Assembly: GCA_038212275.1 (NCBI GenBank)
Contig: JBBQUR010000012.1
Coordinates: forward strand, 1 to 64,000
Direction: 5' to 3'
Source: Planctomycetota bacterium
GTDB lineage: Bacteria; Planctomycetota; B15-G4
Length of the DNA: 64,000 bases
Positions 21,915 through 31,780 of this stretch are shown piece after piece. The position numbers and the translations under genes are program-made. The notes under the pieces were generated by a model. It was not told where the DNA came from. It was given only the letters and a program-made list of their open reading frames with translations, and did not search any database. Each line of letters starts with the position of its first letter. Position 1 is the first letter of the stretch.

Positions 21915-22910
21915 TCAGCGGTTCTGCCAGACTTCCTTGAGGCGCTTGACCTCGTTGATCTGCTGGAAGATCGAGCTCTTGTCCATCGGGCCCTGATGCT
22001 CGAGCAGGTCGCGGAGTGAATCGATCGCCGCCCGCTGGACCACGTTGTGCTTGTCGTCGAGAGCGGTGACGAGAAGTCCCTCCGCCGCCGTGTCTCCGAT
22101 CGCGTGCAACAGGAGCACGGCCGAGAGGCGCTCCTTGGCCGCGACATCGGGCTCCTCCTTCTCGCGTTGCGGATCGATGCGCAGCAGCGCGGCAAGCAGT
22201 TCGTGACCGCCCTGGTCCGCGATCGCGGGCAGGACGGCAAGGACGCGATCCTTCGCCGGTCCATCAACGACTGCCGCCGCGATGGCGAGACCGTCCTCGC
22301 GCCCGTTGGCGAGCAAGGCGAGCGTGGCCTCGAGCTGAACTCCGGCGTCCTTGTCCTTGAGCAGCGGTGGCAGAAGATTCAGCAGTTCAGGCAGGGCGTA
22401 CTCGCCCGCCTTGCGCGCCCCGAAGCGGCGCAGCACCACGTGCGGAGACGTCAGCGACGTCTCGACCAGGTCCCGGTCGCGGTAGTCCGCGAGCATCGTG
22501 AGGCAGAGGACCAGGCTGTCCATCTGGCCAGGATGCTTCGTCGTCGAGGCCTTCGTGAGAGCCGCCAGCGCTGCCCGGCCGTAGCCGATGACCGTGTCCT
22601 GAGCCGCCTTCAGCGCCGCAGGATTGGTGGCGGTCAGCTTGGAGATCTCGCGGCCCAGCGCCTCCGCCCTGGATGCGGGCAGCGCCGGCGGCGCTTCGAT
22701 CGGCGGCAGCTCGGCGGGGGGCTTGGGCAGGTCGACCTTCGGTGACCCGGCTTGCCCGGCTGGTCCTGCTTCGGGCGGAGTCTGACCCGGAGGTGCGACC
22801 TGACTGCGGGCCGTCGGCGTTGGTGCGGCCTGCCCAGCCGTCGGAGCGCCGGCCTGCAGCGGCGAGAGCAGCAGCGCGGCATGGAACACGGCGGCGGCGA
22901 TCACGAGCAT
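21915..22910 (-). CDS. Exported HEAT-repeat protein
   Basis: Signal peptide, Pro-rich linker and HEAT-like repeats (LLKDKDAGVQLEA, ALDDKHNVVQRAA). Confidence 0.78.
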   Translation of the reverse strand: MLVIAAAVFHAALLLSPLQAGAPTAGQAAPTPTARSQVAPPGQTPPEAGPAGQAGSPKVDLPKPPAELPPIEAPPALPASRAEALGREISKLTATNPAALKAAQDTVIGYGRAALAALTKASTTKHPGQMDSLVLCLTMLADYRDRDLVETSLTSPHVVLRRFGARKAGEYALPELLNLLPPLLKDKDAGVQLEATLALLANGREDGLAIAAAVVDGPAKDRVLAVLPAIADQGGHELLAALLRIDPQREKEEPDVAAKERLSAVLLLHAIGDTAAEGLLVTALDDKHNVVQRAAIDSLRDLLEHQGPMDKSSIFQQINEVKRLKEVWQNR

Positions 22911-22958
22911 CCCGGATCCTCTCGTGCGGATGAGTCAGGCGCAGTATAGGGTTTGCCC

Positions 22959-24491
22959 ATGGTCCTGACAGTCGTGGTGGTGCTTCTGCTGCTGCTGGGT
23001 GTCGCCCCGCTCGTGGCGGCCCTGGCGGCGTTGACCGGCGCCGGATCCGAAGCCTGGTCTGCGCTGCTCAGTGAGCGCGTGATGCACCTGTTGCTCGGGA
23101 CGGCGGCGCTCGGCGTGGCCACCGCACTGGTTTGTGCAGCCGTCGGTGTTCCGGTGGGTCGGGCACTTGCACGGCGGCGCACTCGCCTGACCGGCCTGCT
23201 CGCGATGCTGCTCCCGCTGCCCCTGATCCTGCCGCCGTGGGTTGCGGGCCTCGCGTGGGCCCGGCTTGTTCGGCTGTCAGGCTTCTGGGGCGCTGTCGCG
23301 CTGCTCTCGCTCTCGCTCTGGCCTTTCGTGGCGCTGTTCGCGCTGCGCGGCTTCCGTGCTGCGGGCAGGGCCGGCGATGCGGCCGCTCTCGCACGAGGTC
23401 GTGCGGCTGCATGGTTGTCCGTCGAGCTTCCGCTCGCGCTTCCCTCCATTCTCTCGGGCATGCTGCTCGTGTTCCTGTTCGCAGTCACTGATTTCGGTGT
23501 CGTCGACTTTCTCTCGTTCAACGTGCCCGAGCCATTCACGGTGCTGTCGAGCGAGATCTTCCTGAAGTGGGGCCGACTCGAGAGTGCGCCGACGGCCGCG
23601 GTGGTCTCGCTGCCGGCGCTGCTCCTCGGTGCGCTCGCCCTGCTGGGCATGCTCGCGATCGAGCCTCGACACCGCGGGCGTTATCGCGGGCTGCCGGCCG
23701 GATCCGGCGAGTCCCTGCCAGGCAGCAAGGCGGGAAGCGTCGGCCTGCTCGCCGTCACGGCGGCGATGCTGCTGCCGCTGGTCGTCCTGTGCGTCTGGGC
23801 CTCCCGGAATCCCGACCCGCTGGGCACCCTCTCGGACCCGGACATCGTGCACGACGCGCTGCGCTCGATGTACACGGCGGCCGGAGCAGGCCTGCTGCTT
23901 GCGATTCTAGGAGTGGCGGCGGCGCGCGTGTCGCTGCGGCTCTCCGCGCGAGGCGAGACGCTGCTGCTGCTGCTCGCGCTCGTTCCGCTGGCGGCGCCCG
24001 GCGTGCTGTTCGCGGTCGGCGAGATCCAGCTCTGGAACGCTTCCTGGAATCCCTTTGCGGAAGTGCTCTATCGCTCTCCGGTGCTGCTCGTGATGGCGAC
24101 GGGCGGCCGCTACCTCTGCCTCGGCATGCTGGCGGCGCGTGCGCTCTGGCTGCGCCAGGACCCGGGGCCGCTGGAGGCCGCCCGCCTCTCGGGGCGCAGC
24201 TGGCCTGTGCGCTGGCTGCGCGTCGAGTTGCCGCTGCTGGCTCCCGCCGCAGGTCTCGCCTGTGCGCTGGGCTACCTCTTCAGCCTGCGCGAGCTGGACA
24301 TCCCGTCGCTGGTGCCGGCAGGCAATGCCACGCTGGTGCGCCGCATCTACGGCCTCGTCCACATCACCAGCGACGACCAGACGGCGCTGCTGTCGCTGCT
24401 GCTGGTGGCACTTGTCCTCGTGCCCGTCGTGGCCGCCCGGCTGCTGGGTGTTCCGGGAGTTGATTGCGGCCCCCCGCACGACGACCGATAA
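22959..24491 (+). CDS. ABC transporter permease, FbpB/ThiP-like (two TM domains)
   Basis: LPLILPPWV, VELPLALPSILSG, EAARLSG...VELPLLAP and SLRELD motifs. Confidence 0.82.
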   Translation: MVLTVVVVLLLLLGVAPLVAALAALTGAGSEAWSALLSERVMHLLLGTAALGVATALVCAAVGVPVGRALARRRTRLTGLLAMLLPLPLILPPWVAGLAWARLVRLSGFWGAVALLSLSLWPFVALFALRGFRAAGRAGDAAALARGRAAAWLSVELPLALPSILSGMLLVFLFAVTDFGVVDFLSFNVPEPFTVLSSEIFLKWGRLESAPTAAVVSLPALLLGALALLGMLAIEPRHRGRYRGLPAGSGESLPGSKAGSVGLLAVTAAMLLPLVVLCVWASRNPDPLGTLSDPDIVHDALRSMYTAAGAGLLLAILGVAAARVSLRLSARGETLLLLLALVPLAAPGVLFAVGEIQLWNASWNPFAEVLYRSPVLLVMATGGRYLCLGMLAARALWLRQDPGPLEAARLSGRSWPVRWLRVELPLLAPAAGLACALGYLFSLRELDIPSLVPAGNATLVRRIYGLVHITSDDQTALLSLLLVALVLVPVVAARLLGVPGVDCGPPHDDR

Positions 24492-24534
24492 TGCGCCGCC
24501 CCCGCGCGACGCGGGTCCCGCGGAGAACACACCC

Positions 24535-25233
24535 ATGTCCTACGGCCTGCGCAGCATCGCCTTCGTGGCGGAGCTGATCCATCCGCCGGTACAGCACGAC
24601 CCGCGCTCCCTGCAGAAGCTGCACAGCGAACTCTTTTCGAGCGTGGAGTGCAGTTATCGCGATTTCCGGCTCATCCCCGGCGGCGCGCAGTTCTCGAACC
24701 AGGCGGGCGGCATGCCAGGCGCTCCGGTCAGCCTGGCGAACCTGCTCGCGGACCGTGTCCAGATCCGCGAGGAGCAGACGGGCATGTCGCGCGAGGAGTT
24801 CGAGACGCGCGTCGGCTTCATGGCGCGCACGGTGCTGGCCAGCCTGCCCATCAAGCTCTTCCTCGCGCAGCAGTACGCCGTGCGTTCGGTGGTCAATCCG
24901 CAGAGCAGCCACGACTCGCGCGAATTCGTCCTGCGCACGCTCTTCGGTTTCGACGACAGTCTGCTCGCCGCCTTCCCGTCGCCGCCGACGCTGGCCGGCC
25001 TGCGCCTCGCCTTCCCGCCGACCGCCGAGAACAACGGCATCTTCAACGTGCGCGTCGAGTCCTTCAGCAGCGACAACCGCAGCCTCTTCCTCGAGACGGT
25101 CGGCACCTTCGGACAGCCGGTGCAGGCCGACGGCATCGACGGCCTCGTGCAGCGATTCGACGCCACCTATGACTTCCTCCAGGACCAGCTGGTGGCGTTC
25201 GTCGCACAGTTCGACATCGAGGAATCGGGTTGA
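24535..25233 (+). CDS. Hypothetical protein (232 aa, alpha/beta)
   Basis: GGAGA RBS, strong GC3 codon bias, stop overlaps the next gene. Confidence 0.75.
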   Translation: MSYGLRSIAFVAELIHPPVQHDPRSLQKLHSELFSSVECSYRDFRLIPGGAQFSNQAGGMPGAPVSLANLLADRVQIREEQTGMSREEFETRVGFMARTVLASLPIKLFLAQQYAVRSVVNPQSSHDSREFVLRTLFGFDDSLLAAFPSPPTLAGLRLAFPPTAENNGIFNVRVESFSSDNRSLFLETVGTFGQPVQADGIDGLVQRFDATYDFLQDQLVAFVAQFDIEESG

Positions 25234-26855
25234 GCCTGCGAGCGAGTCCGGCACCGACCGTTCCTGTGCCGCGACGTGCCCTGGGGGCCTTGCTGGCGTT
25301 GCTCGCACTGCTCGCAGGCTGTTCGCATGCCGACGAGCAAGGCACGAGTGAGGCGCCGCACGCCGCCGGCTCGGCTGTCCACGACGGCGGCGGAGCGGCC
25401 GCGCAGCCGCCGGACCTCTCGCACGCCAATCTGGTTCTTCTCTCCGTGGACACGCTGCGCGCGGATGCGACGCAGATGCTCGGCGGGCCGGCGGGCATCA
25501 CGCCGGCGATGGCCGACTTCGCGGCGCACGGCGTGCTGTTCACGCACGCGCGTTCGACGGCGCCCCAGACCGCGCCGAGCCACATGTCCCTGTTCACGGC
25601 CACGTATCCGTCCGTGCACGGCGTGGAAAACGTGGGCCACGCAGCCGACGGGGTCGGCAGCGGAAAGCTTGAATCCTCGCCTCTGCCCGCGGACATTCCG
25701 ACGCTCGCGGAAATCCTCACGGCGGCAGGCCTCGACAGCGTGGGCCGCACCGAAGGCGGCAATCTGCTGCCGGTGCACGGATTCGCGCGCGGCTTCCGCA
25801 ACTACACCTACGACCTCGTCGGCGTGGAGAGCCAGGTCACCCTGGGCCTCGACACGCTGCGCGAGTTGATGGCACCGGGCGCCGGCCGCTTCTTCCTCTT
25901 CTGGCACACCTACCAGTGCCACGCGCCCTACGTTCCGCCGCTGCCCTACATCGAGCGCTGGGCGCCGCAGGATTACGACGGCATGCTGAAGCCCCGCATC
26001 GCGGAGCTGGGCAGCAAGACCTTCAAGGAGCGCTTCAACTCCATGAAGACGGTCTTCTGGAAAGGCCGCGAGTCGTTCGGACCGGACGAGGCTCGCTACC
26101 TGCACGGCCTGTACGAGGGCGGCGTGGACTTCGCGGACGACCAGCTCGCGCGCCTGTTCGCCGGCATGGCGGAGCAGGGCGTGTTCGACACGAGCATCGT
26201 GGTGCTGCTCTCCGATCACGGCGAGGCCTTCTTCGAACACGGGCACTGGCAGCACGAGGACGTCCACGAGGAATGCCTGCGCGTGCCGCTGGCCATCCGC
26301 TTTCCAGGCGGCTGGCAGGCCGGCAAGCGCATCGAGACGCCCGTCGGGCTCGTGGACGTGATGCCGCTGCTGCTCGACCTGATGCAGATCGACACCGGGC
26401 CGTTGAAGCTGCCAGGCCGCGTGCGGCACGGCACGCGGCAGCTCGTCGCGGAGGACCTGCTGGCAGGGCGCGAGCCGCACGCCCAGCCGATCATCTCCGA
26501 GTACTACGCGACGCTCGCCGGCAACCTCGACAAGCAGGTGGCCATCGAGGCCAACGGCATGAAGTTCATCTACGACGAGGTGCGCGGCGAGCGCCTCCCC
26601 GGCGGTGAAGCCCAGCAGCTCCGCTTCCTGTATGACCTTCGCAAGGACCCGGGCGAGAAGAACGACCTCGCGCCGCAGGGCGGGCCGATCCTGAAAAGCT
26701 TCTTCGACTACTACGCCGGCCTGCAGACGCTGCGCAGACTCGAGCAGAGCTCCGCCGGGCCGGGCGCCGCAACGGAACTGTCCCCCGAACAGCTCGATCA
26801 GCTCATCGCGCTTGGCTACATCGACGCCTCGAACGCGCCGTCCTCCGGGCACTGA
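25230..26855 (+). CDS. Sulfatase-like hydrolase/transferase lipoprotein
   Basis: LAGC lipobox; NLVLLSVDTLRAD, TAPSHMSLFT, SDHGE, VPL and C-terminal LIALGY. Confidence 0.85.
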   Translation: MSLRASPAPTVPVPRRALGALLALLALLAGCSHADEQGTSEAPHAAGSAVHDGGGAAAQPPDLSHANLVLLSVDTLRADATQMLGGPAGITPAMADFAAHGVLFTHARSTAPQTAPSHMSLFTATYPSVHGVENVGHAADGVGSGKLESSPLPADIPTLAEILTAAGLDSVGRTEGGNLLPVHGFARGFRNYTYDLVGVESQVTLGLDTLRELMAPGAGRFFLFWHTYQCHAPYVPPLPYIERWAPQDYDGMLKPRIAELGSKTFKERFNSMKTVFWKGRESFGPDEARYLHGLYEGGVDFADDQLARLFAGMAEQGVFDTSIVVLLSDHGEAFFEHGHWQHEDVHEECLRVPLAIRFPGGWQAGKRIETPVGLVDVMPLLLDLMQIDTGPLKLPGRVRHGTRQLVAEDLLAGREPHAQPIISEYYATLAGNLDKQVAIEANGMKFIYDEVRGERLPGGEAQQLRFLYDLRKDPGEKNDLAPQGGPILKSFFDYYAGLQTLRRLEQSSAGPGAATELSPEQLDQLIALGYIDASNAPSSGH

Positions 26856-26962
26856 GCTCGGCCCTGCCGCCCCGGAACGAAGCCTGCGGGGCCTTCTCGG
26901 GGGGAGCGGCAGTTTCCAGTTCCCGGCTACGGATCCGCGTCCCGCGGACCGATAGGGGCGGC

Positions 26963-27175
26963 ATGAGCTTCGATGCCTCGACTCTCGTGCCCGGTCTGAT
27001 CTTCGGCTGCATCGGCATGGCCTACTTCTCGTACGGGAAGAAGGACAGCAAGCCGCTGCACATCTTTTCGGGCCTGGCCCTCATGATCCTGCCCTACTTC
27101 ATCGAGTCGCAGGTGCCGCAGATCGCGGTGTGCGGCGTGCTCACGGTGCTTCCGCTCGCCTCGCGCTGGTTCTGA
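26963..27175 (+). CDS. Small membrane protein (70 aa)
   Basis: Hydrophobic; FGCIGMAYFSYGKK and LMILPYF; good codon bias. Confidence 0.75.
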   Translation: MSFDASTLVPGLIFGCIGMAYFSYGKKDSKPLHIFSGLALMILPYFIESQVPQIAVCGVLTVLPLASRWF

Positions 27176-27228
27176 GCGGGGACGGTTCCCGAGCGCGCGG
27201 CGCACGTCGTGCGCCTACAATCGGCGGC

Positions 27229-27789
27229 GTGAGCGAGACCAGCCTGCTTGTCGGCGCGGCGTGCGCGGGAGACCGCGCCGCCCTTGATGCGCTCTGCGCA
27301 CGCCACGCGGGCCGGCTGCTCTCGGCGATCCGCGCGCGGCTGCCCGGCGCCGTCGCCGCACGGCTGAGCGCGGAAGACATTCTCCAGGAGACCCTGCTCG
27401 AGGCGGCGCGCAAGGTGGGTGCGTGGCGATCGGAAGGAGAAGGCAGCTTCTACCGCTGGCTCGTAGGTATCGCGCGCTTCAAGATCCTCGAGGCGCAGCG
27501 CGCGGGTCAGGCTGGCAAGCGCGCGCTCGAGACGACGCTCGACGTCGAACTCGCGCGCACGCAGACGAGTCCGAGCGGCGGTGCGATGCGGGCCGAGCGC
27601 GTCGACACGCTGATGCAGGCGCTGGCACGCCTGCCCGATCGTCAGGCGGAAGCAGTGCGCCTCCGCTACCTCGAGGGTGCGAGCCTCGCGCAGACCGCCG
27701 CGGCGTTGCAGTGCAGCGAGAGCGCCGTGAAGGCCCTCGTCGCCCGGGGGCTCTCCGACCTCGCCCGGACGCTCTCGCCCGCGACCTGA
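27229..27789 (+). CDS. ECF sigma factor
   Basis: AEDILQET, SFYRWLVGIARFK (region 2) and LPDRQAEAVRLRYLEG...SESAVK (region 4). Confidence 0.9.
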   Translation: MSETSLLVGAACAGDRAALDALCARHAGRLLSAIRARLPGAVAARLSAEDILQETLLEAARKVGAWRSEGEGSFYRWLVGIARFKILEAQRAGQAGKRALETTLDVELARTQTSPSGGAMRAERVDTLMQALARLPDRQAEAVRLRYLEGASLAQTAAALQCSESAVKALVARGLSDLARTLSPAT

Positions 27790-28001
27790 GCGCGACCGCG
27801 GACGGGCGTGCGCGAAGCCGGCCTGAGCTCGACTTCGCATCGGCCCGGCCGGACTCGTCGCGCCAGCCCCGGGGGGCCTCGCCGGATTTCCCGTGAGACC
27901 TGGGCGGCACTGGCCGCCATGTACGATCGGGCCCGCAGCGGCCGGACGCAGTGTCCGGCTTCCACCGGAGCGCGGGAAGGGCCCCCGCACGAGGGACTTC
28001 C

Positions 28002-30590
28002 ATGAGCGACGCAAGCCAGCAGGCATCGAGCCAACAGACGCTCGAAGAGATCCAGGACCGGATTCTGGACCGGCTGCATGCCGGCGAAGTGCTCGATCGG
28101 GCGGCGCTGGTGGCGCGGCATCCGCAGCATGCCGACGCGCTGCGCCGCTTCTTCGATCTCGTGGACGTGCTCGAGGCGCCACCGGCCGGCGCAGGCACGC
28201 AGCCGTCGCGGCTCGGGGAGTTCGAGATCCTGCGTGAGCTCGGCCGGGGCGGCATGGGCGTCGTCTACGCGGCGCGACAGGCCAGCCTCAACCGCACGGT
28301 GGCGCTGAAGGTGCTGCCGCCGGCGCTGCGCCGCGACGAGCGCCTGCACGCCCGCTTCCGACGCGAGGCCGAGGCGGCCGGCCGCCTGCGCCACCCGAAC
28401 ATCGTGCCCGTCTACAGCATCGGCGAGTCCGCGGGCGCTCCGTTCTTCACGATGGAGCTGGTGGACGGAAGGTCGCTCGCGGAGGTCATCCGCACGCGGC
28501 GCGCCGGCCAGGACGCGGGCCTGCCTCCCGCGGGAGCGGCCTGGCGGCGTTGGGTCATCGAGACGCTGGTGCGTGTCGGCGATGCGCTGGAGTATGCGCA
28601 CGGTCGCGGCATCCTGCACCGCGACGTGAAGCCCGGGAACATCCTTCTCGAGCAGGACGGCACGCCGCGACTCACGGACTTCGGCCTGGCGCTCGACCTG
28701 CAGGCCAGCGAGCTCACGCACACCGGGGAGATCTTCGGCAGTCCGCTTTACATGAGCCCCGAGCAGGCCTTCCGGCACGAGCAGCCCGTGGACGCGCGCA
28801 CCGACGTGTACTCGCTGGCGGTCACGCTCTACGAGGCGCTCACGCTGCGTCTCCCCTACGCGGGCACCACGCAGGCCGACCTGCTCACCGCGCTGTCGGA
28901 CGGCCTCATCGTGCCGCCGCGCGAGGTCGACCCGACGCTGCCCGAACCGCTCGAGCGCGTGCTGCTGCGTGCCTTGCGCAAGGACCCGCTCGAACGCTAC
29001 CGCAGCGCCGCCGAGTTCATGGCGGACCTGCGCCTCGCGCTGGACCAGCCCGCGGCCGTGACGACGCAGGAGGCCGTCGCGGACCGGGCGCCAGCGCGCA
29101 TCGAATCCGAGTGTGCGCCCGGCGCATCCCTCTCGCGGACGCTTCTGCGACCGCGCAGCCTTGTGCTCGTGTGCGTGACCTCCGCCGCAGTCGTGCTGCT
29201 GCTGCGGCTGCTCAAGGGCGAGGGCGTGCCCTTCGTGTTCAGCAACCTGATCGTCGTCGGTCTCACGCTCGGCGTGCTGATCGTGCTGCGACTCGCGGAC
29301 AGGTTCCGTCGGCCGGGCGCCGCGCAGAGCGAGGGTGGCAGCGTGGCCCGGCTGCCGTGGAGCCGCCGCCATCCGGTCGCCAGCCGTGTGCTGGTGCTGC
29401 TCCTCATCGCCTGCGTGGTGCTGCCGGTGGTGGTGGTGTGTGTGCTGCTCCTCTCCGGCCCCGGAGACATCGTGCACCCGGCTGGTGCATCGCGCACCGA
29501 CGCCGGGGCATCCGCCGGCCCGAGCCAGGCGCCGAGTGCCGAGACACTGCGCCTGCTCATCGAGGGCTCGACTGCGGGCAGCACGCAGGTGGACGGCAGC
29601 GGTGCCCTGGCGCGCTGGCTTCGGCCGGTGTTCCGCACACGCAGCGTCGTGTCGCGCACCCAGCCGTCGCTCGTGGAATTCGGTTTCTCGGCCGCCGCGC
29701 TGCCTCTCACTGGCTGGCAGCGGGACGGCGTGTCGCCGGTGCTCGCGTGGTGGCCCGGACTCGACGTGAACGGCACGCTCTGGAACGACAGCATGCACGG
29801 CGATGTGCTGTCGATCCCGGGGGACTTCAACGGCGGCTCCGTGCGCTTCGCGCGCTTTCCGCTGGATGTCATTCTCGGCGAGGCGGCGAAGCTGAATGCC
29901 GTGACCGTCACGCCGCGCATCAGCTTCGTGCTCGGGGACGCGGCGAGCGACGCGGCGGCTGTGCCTGCGCCCGCGCCGCCTGCAGGCTGGCTGCCGGAGG
30001 GTGGGGTCGTGCACGGGGTTCCGTCGCCGCCTGCTGCGGGCGGCACGCGCTGGGTGTGGGTGGGCGAACCGCAGACGCTCTTTCTCTTCGACAGCTTTCC
30101 CGCGGACTATCCGCACGCCGTCGCCGGTGCGGGCGTCGACGAGCTGATGCTCGCTGCATGCACGCCTTCGGGGCTGGAGTACACCGGCAGCTCGGGAGGC
30201 AGCGCAAGCCGGATGCTGGACCTCGTGCTGCACTTCGACAACTCGGGCGAGCGCCCGCTGCCCGCTGCCTTCGAAGCCGAACTCATGCTGCCCGGCAGCG
30301 ACCGCGTGCTCGCGCACGCGCCGCTCGTGTTTGCGGCGACGAAGGCTGGCGTGCAGGCAGTTGAGCTGTCCGGCAACATCACGATCGGAATGCCGTTCAC
30401 GCTCACGGGGCCGCCCTCGGAGGAAGAGCAGCAGCTGCTCTTCAGCCTGCAGCGCGGCCGCGAGAGTACGGTGTGCGTGCGGCTGCGCGCCTCTCGCGAG
30501 GTCGCGCTGCTCGAGCCTGATCTCGACAGCTACTGGAGCGGCAGCGTCGATGCGGTCGTGCCGGTGCTCGGCGGGGACGCGGGGCGCTAG
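28002..30590 (+). CDS. Membrane-anchored Hanks-type Ser/Thr protein kinase
   Basis: LGRGGMGVVY, VALK, HRDVKPGN, DFG and YMSPE; about 3 TM segments, then a large C-terminal domain. Confidence 0.93.
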   Translation: MSDASQQASSQQTLEEIQDRILDRLHAGEVLDRAALVARHPQHADALRRFFDLVDVLEAPPAGAGTQPSRLGEFEILRELGRGGMGVVYAARQASLNRTVALKVLPPALRRDERLHARFRREAEAAGRLRHPNIVPVYSIGESAGAPFFTMELVDGRSLAEVIRTRRAGQDAGLPPAGAAWRRWVIETLVRVGDALEYAHGRGILHRDVKPGNILLEQDGTPRLTDFGLALDLQASELTHTGEIFGSPLYMSPEQAFRHEQPVDARTDVYSLAVTLYEALTLRLPYAGTTQADLLTALSDGLIVPPREVDPTLPEPLERVLLRALRKDPLERYRSAAEFMADLRLALDQPAAVTTQEAVADRAPARIESECAPGASLSRTLLRPRSLVLVCVTSAAVVLLLRLLKGEGVPFVFSNLIVVGLTLGVLIVLRLADRFRRPGAAQSEGGSVARLPWSRRHPVASRVLVLLLIACVVLPVVVVCVLLLSGPGDIVHPAGASRTDAGASAGPSQAPSAETLRLLIEGSTAGSTQVDGSGALARWLRPVFRTRSVVSRTQPSLVEFGFSAAALPLTGWQRDGVSPVLAWWPGLDVNGTLWNDSMHGDVLSIPGDFNGGSVRFARFPLDVILGEAAKLNAVTVTPRISFVLGDAASDAAAVPAPAPPAGWLPEGGVVHGVPSPPAAGGTRWVWVGEPQTLFLFDSFPADYPHAVAGAGVDELMLAACTPSGLEYTGSSGGSASRMLDLVLHFDNSGERPLPAAFEAELMLPGSDRVLAHAPLVFAATKAGVQAVELSGNITIGMPFTLTGPPSEEEQQLLFSLQRGRESTVCVRLRASREVALLEPDLDSYWSGSVDAVVPVLGGDAGR

Positions 30591-30728
30591 ACGCTGGGTG
30601 TCCCGGCACACGGCCTACGGCCTCGGGATCCTGCTGCCGGGAGGTTGACGGCCGACGCCGCGAGGCGGCGATGCGGCGCCTCCAGCCTGTTGTGCGCGGG
30701 ACGCGGCGCGGATTAACCTGCGCGGCGC

Positions 30729-31145
30729 ATGTTCCGTCGCCTCTTCTCCGCACTCAAAGGACAGACCGCCATGGCCTCCGTGCCCGCTTTCTCGATGCCC
30801 ACCAAGGACGCCCTCAAGGTCACGAACACGGGCCTCGCCCATGAAGTGGTGAAGGAAGGCACCGGCAAGTCGCCGAAGGCCACCGACACGGTGACCGTGC
30901 ACTACGCCGGCTGGCTCACCAACGGCACCGCCTTCGACAGCAGCTACAAGCGCGGCGAGACGACGAGCTTCCCGCTGAACCGCGTCATCGCCGGCTGGAC
31001 TGAAGGCCTGCAGCTCATGAAGGAAGGCGGGACGAGCAAGTTCATCATCCCGGCCGACCTCGGCTACGGCGCGCGCGGCGCACCGCCGGTCATCGGTCCG
31101 AATGCCACGCTGGTCTTCCAGGTCGAGCTGATCAAGGTCGGCTGA
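30729..31145 (+). CDS. FKBP-type peptidyl-prolyl isomerase
   Basis: VTVHYAG...FDSS, VIAGWTEG, IPADLGYG and PNATLVFQVEL. Confidence 0.95.
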   Translation: MFRRLFSALKGQTAMASVPAFSMPTKDALKVTNTGLAHEVVKEGTGKSPKATDTVTVHYAGWLTNGTAFDSSYKRGETTSFPLNRVIAGWTEGLQLMKEGGTSKFIIPADLGYGARGAPPVIGPNATLVFQVELIKVG

Positions 31146-31149
31146 AGGC

Positions 31150-31294
31150 GGCGCCGCACGGGGGCCTCGCGATCGTCGCCGGCGATGAGGTCGTCGATCG
31201 CGTGCAGCGCGCGCCTGGACTTCAGGACGCTGCAGGGAACGAGCACCAGGAAGAACGCCACGTGCAGCAGCCCGAGCGGCGAAAGCATCGTCAT
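31150..31294 (-). pseudogene. Possible internally deleted membrane-protein remnant (CPBP/Abi-like)
   Basis: A hydrophobic N-terminus (MLSPLGLLHVAFFLVLVP) joins directly to ALHAIDDLIAG, resembling the CPBP C-terminal H-x3-D motif; the frame runs on into the convergent FKBP gene. Confidence 0.3.
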
Positions 31295-31419
31295 GTCTTG
31301 CAGTGACTCCGCGGTTGGCAGGTCCGTCGCCGGCATGTGGCGCCCTGCCAGTCGTTGCGTCGCGGCAGGCTTCCCGCCCGCAGCGGAGCACATTGAAACA
31401 GGCGCGGGCCGACGTTGAG

Positions 31420-31779
31420 ATGGGCCGCGTGGCCGACCCGCTTCCACTCATCCTCGGTTTCGTGAGCCTGCTGCTGCTGCCGGCGCTGGGCGTCGTCGGG
31501 CTGTTCAAGCAGAGGGTGACGCCGGTGCTGTCCGCGCTGCTCTTCGCATGGCTGCTCGGCGGCGTCTGGGCGTTGTCGACGGGCTGGCACGCGGGGCTGC
31601 CCGGGCAGCGCTTCCTGAAACTCTGGCTGCTCGGCCTCGTGCTCGGAGGCGGGCTGCTCTTCATCGCTCGTCTGCGCGAGAAGCGGCGCACGTGGATGTG
31701 GGTGCGGCTGGTCCTCGGTGCGATGACCGTGATCGTCTTCATCCGTGCGCTGATGGAGTACGTGCAGACCTTCGCGTGA
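31420..31779 (+). CDS. Small 4-TM hypothetical membrane protein
   Basis: Four hydrophobic segments, good codon bias; stop abuts the top6A stop. Confidence 0.7.
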   Translation: MGRVADPLPLILGFVSLLLLPALGVVGLFKQRVTPVLSALLFAWLLGGVWALSTGWHAGLPGQRFLKLWLLGLVLGGGLLFIARLREKRRTWMWVRLVLGAMTVIVFIRALMEYVQTFA

Positions 31780-31780
31780 G

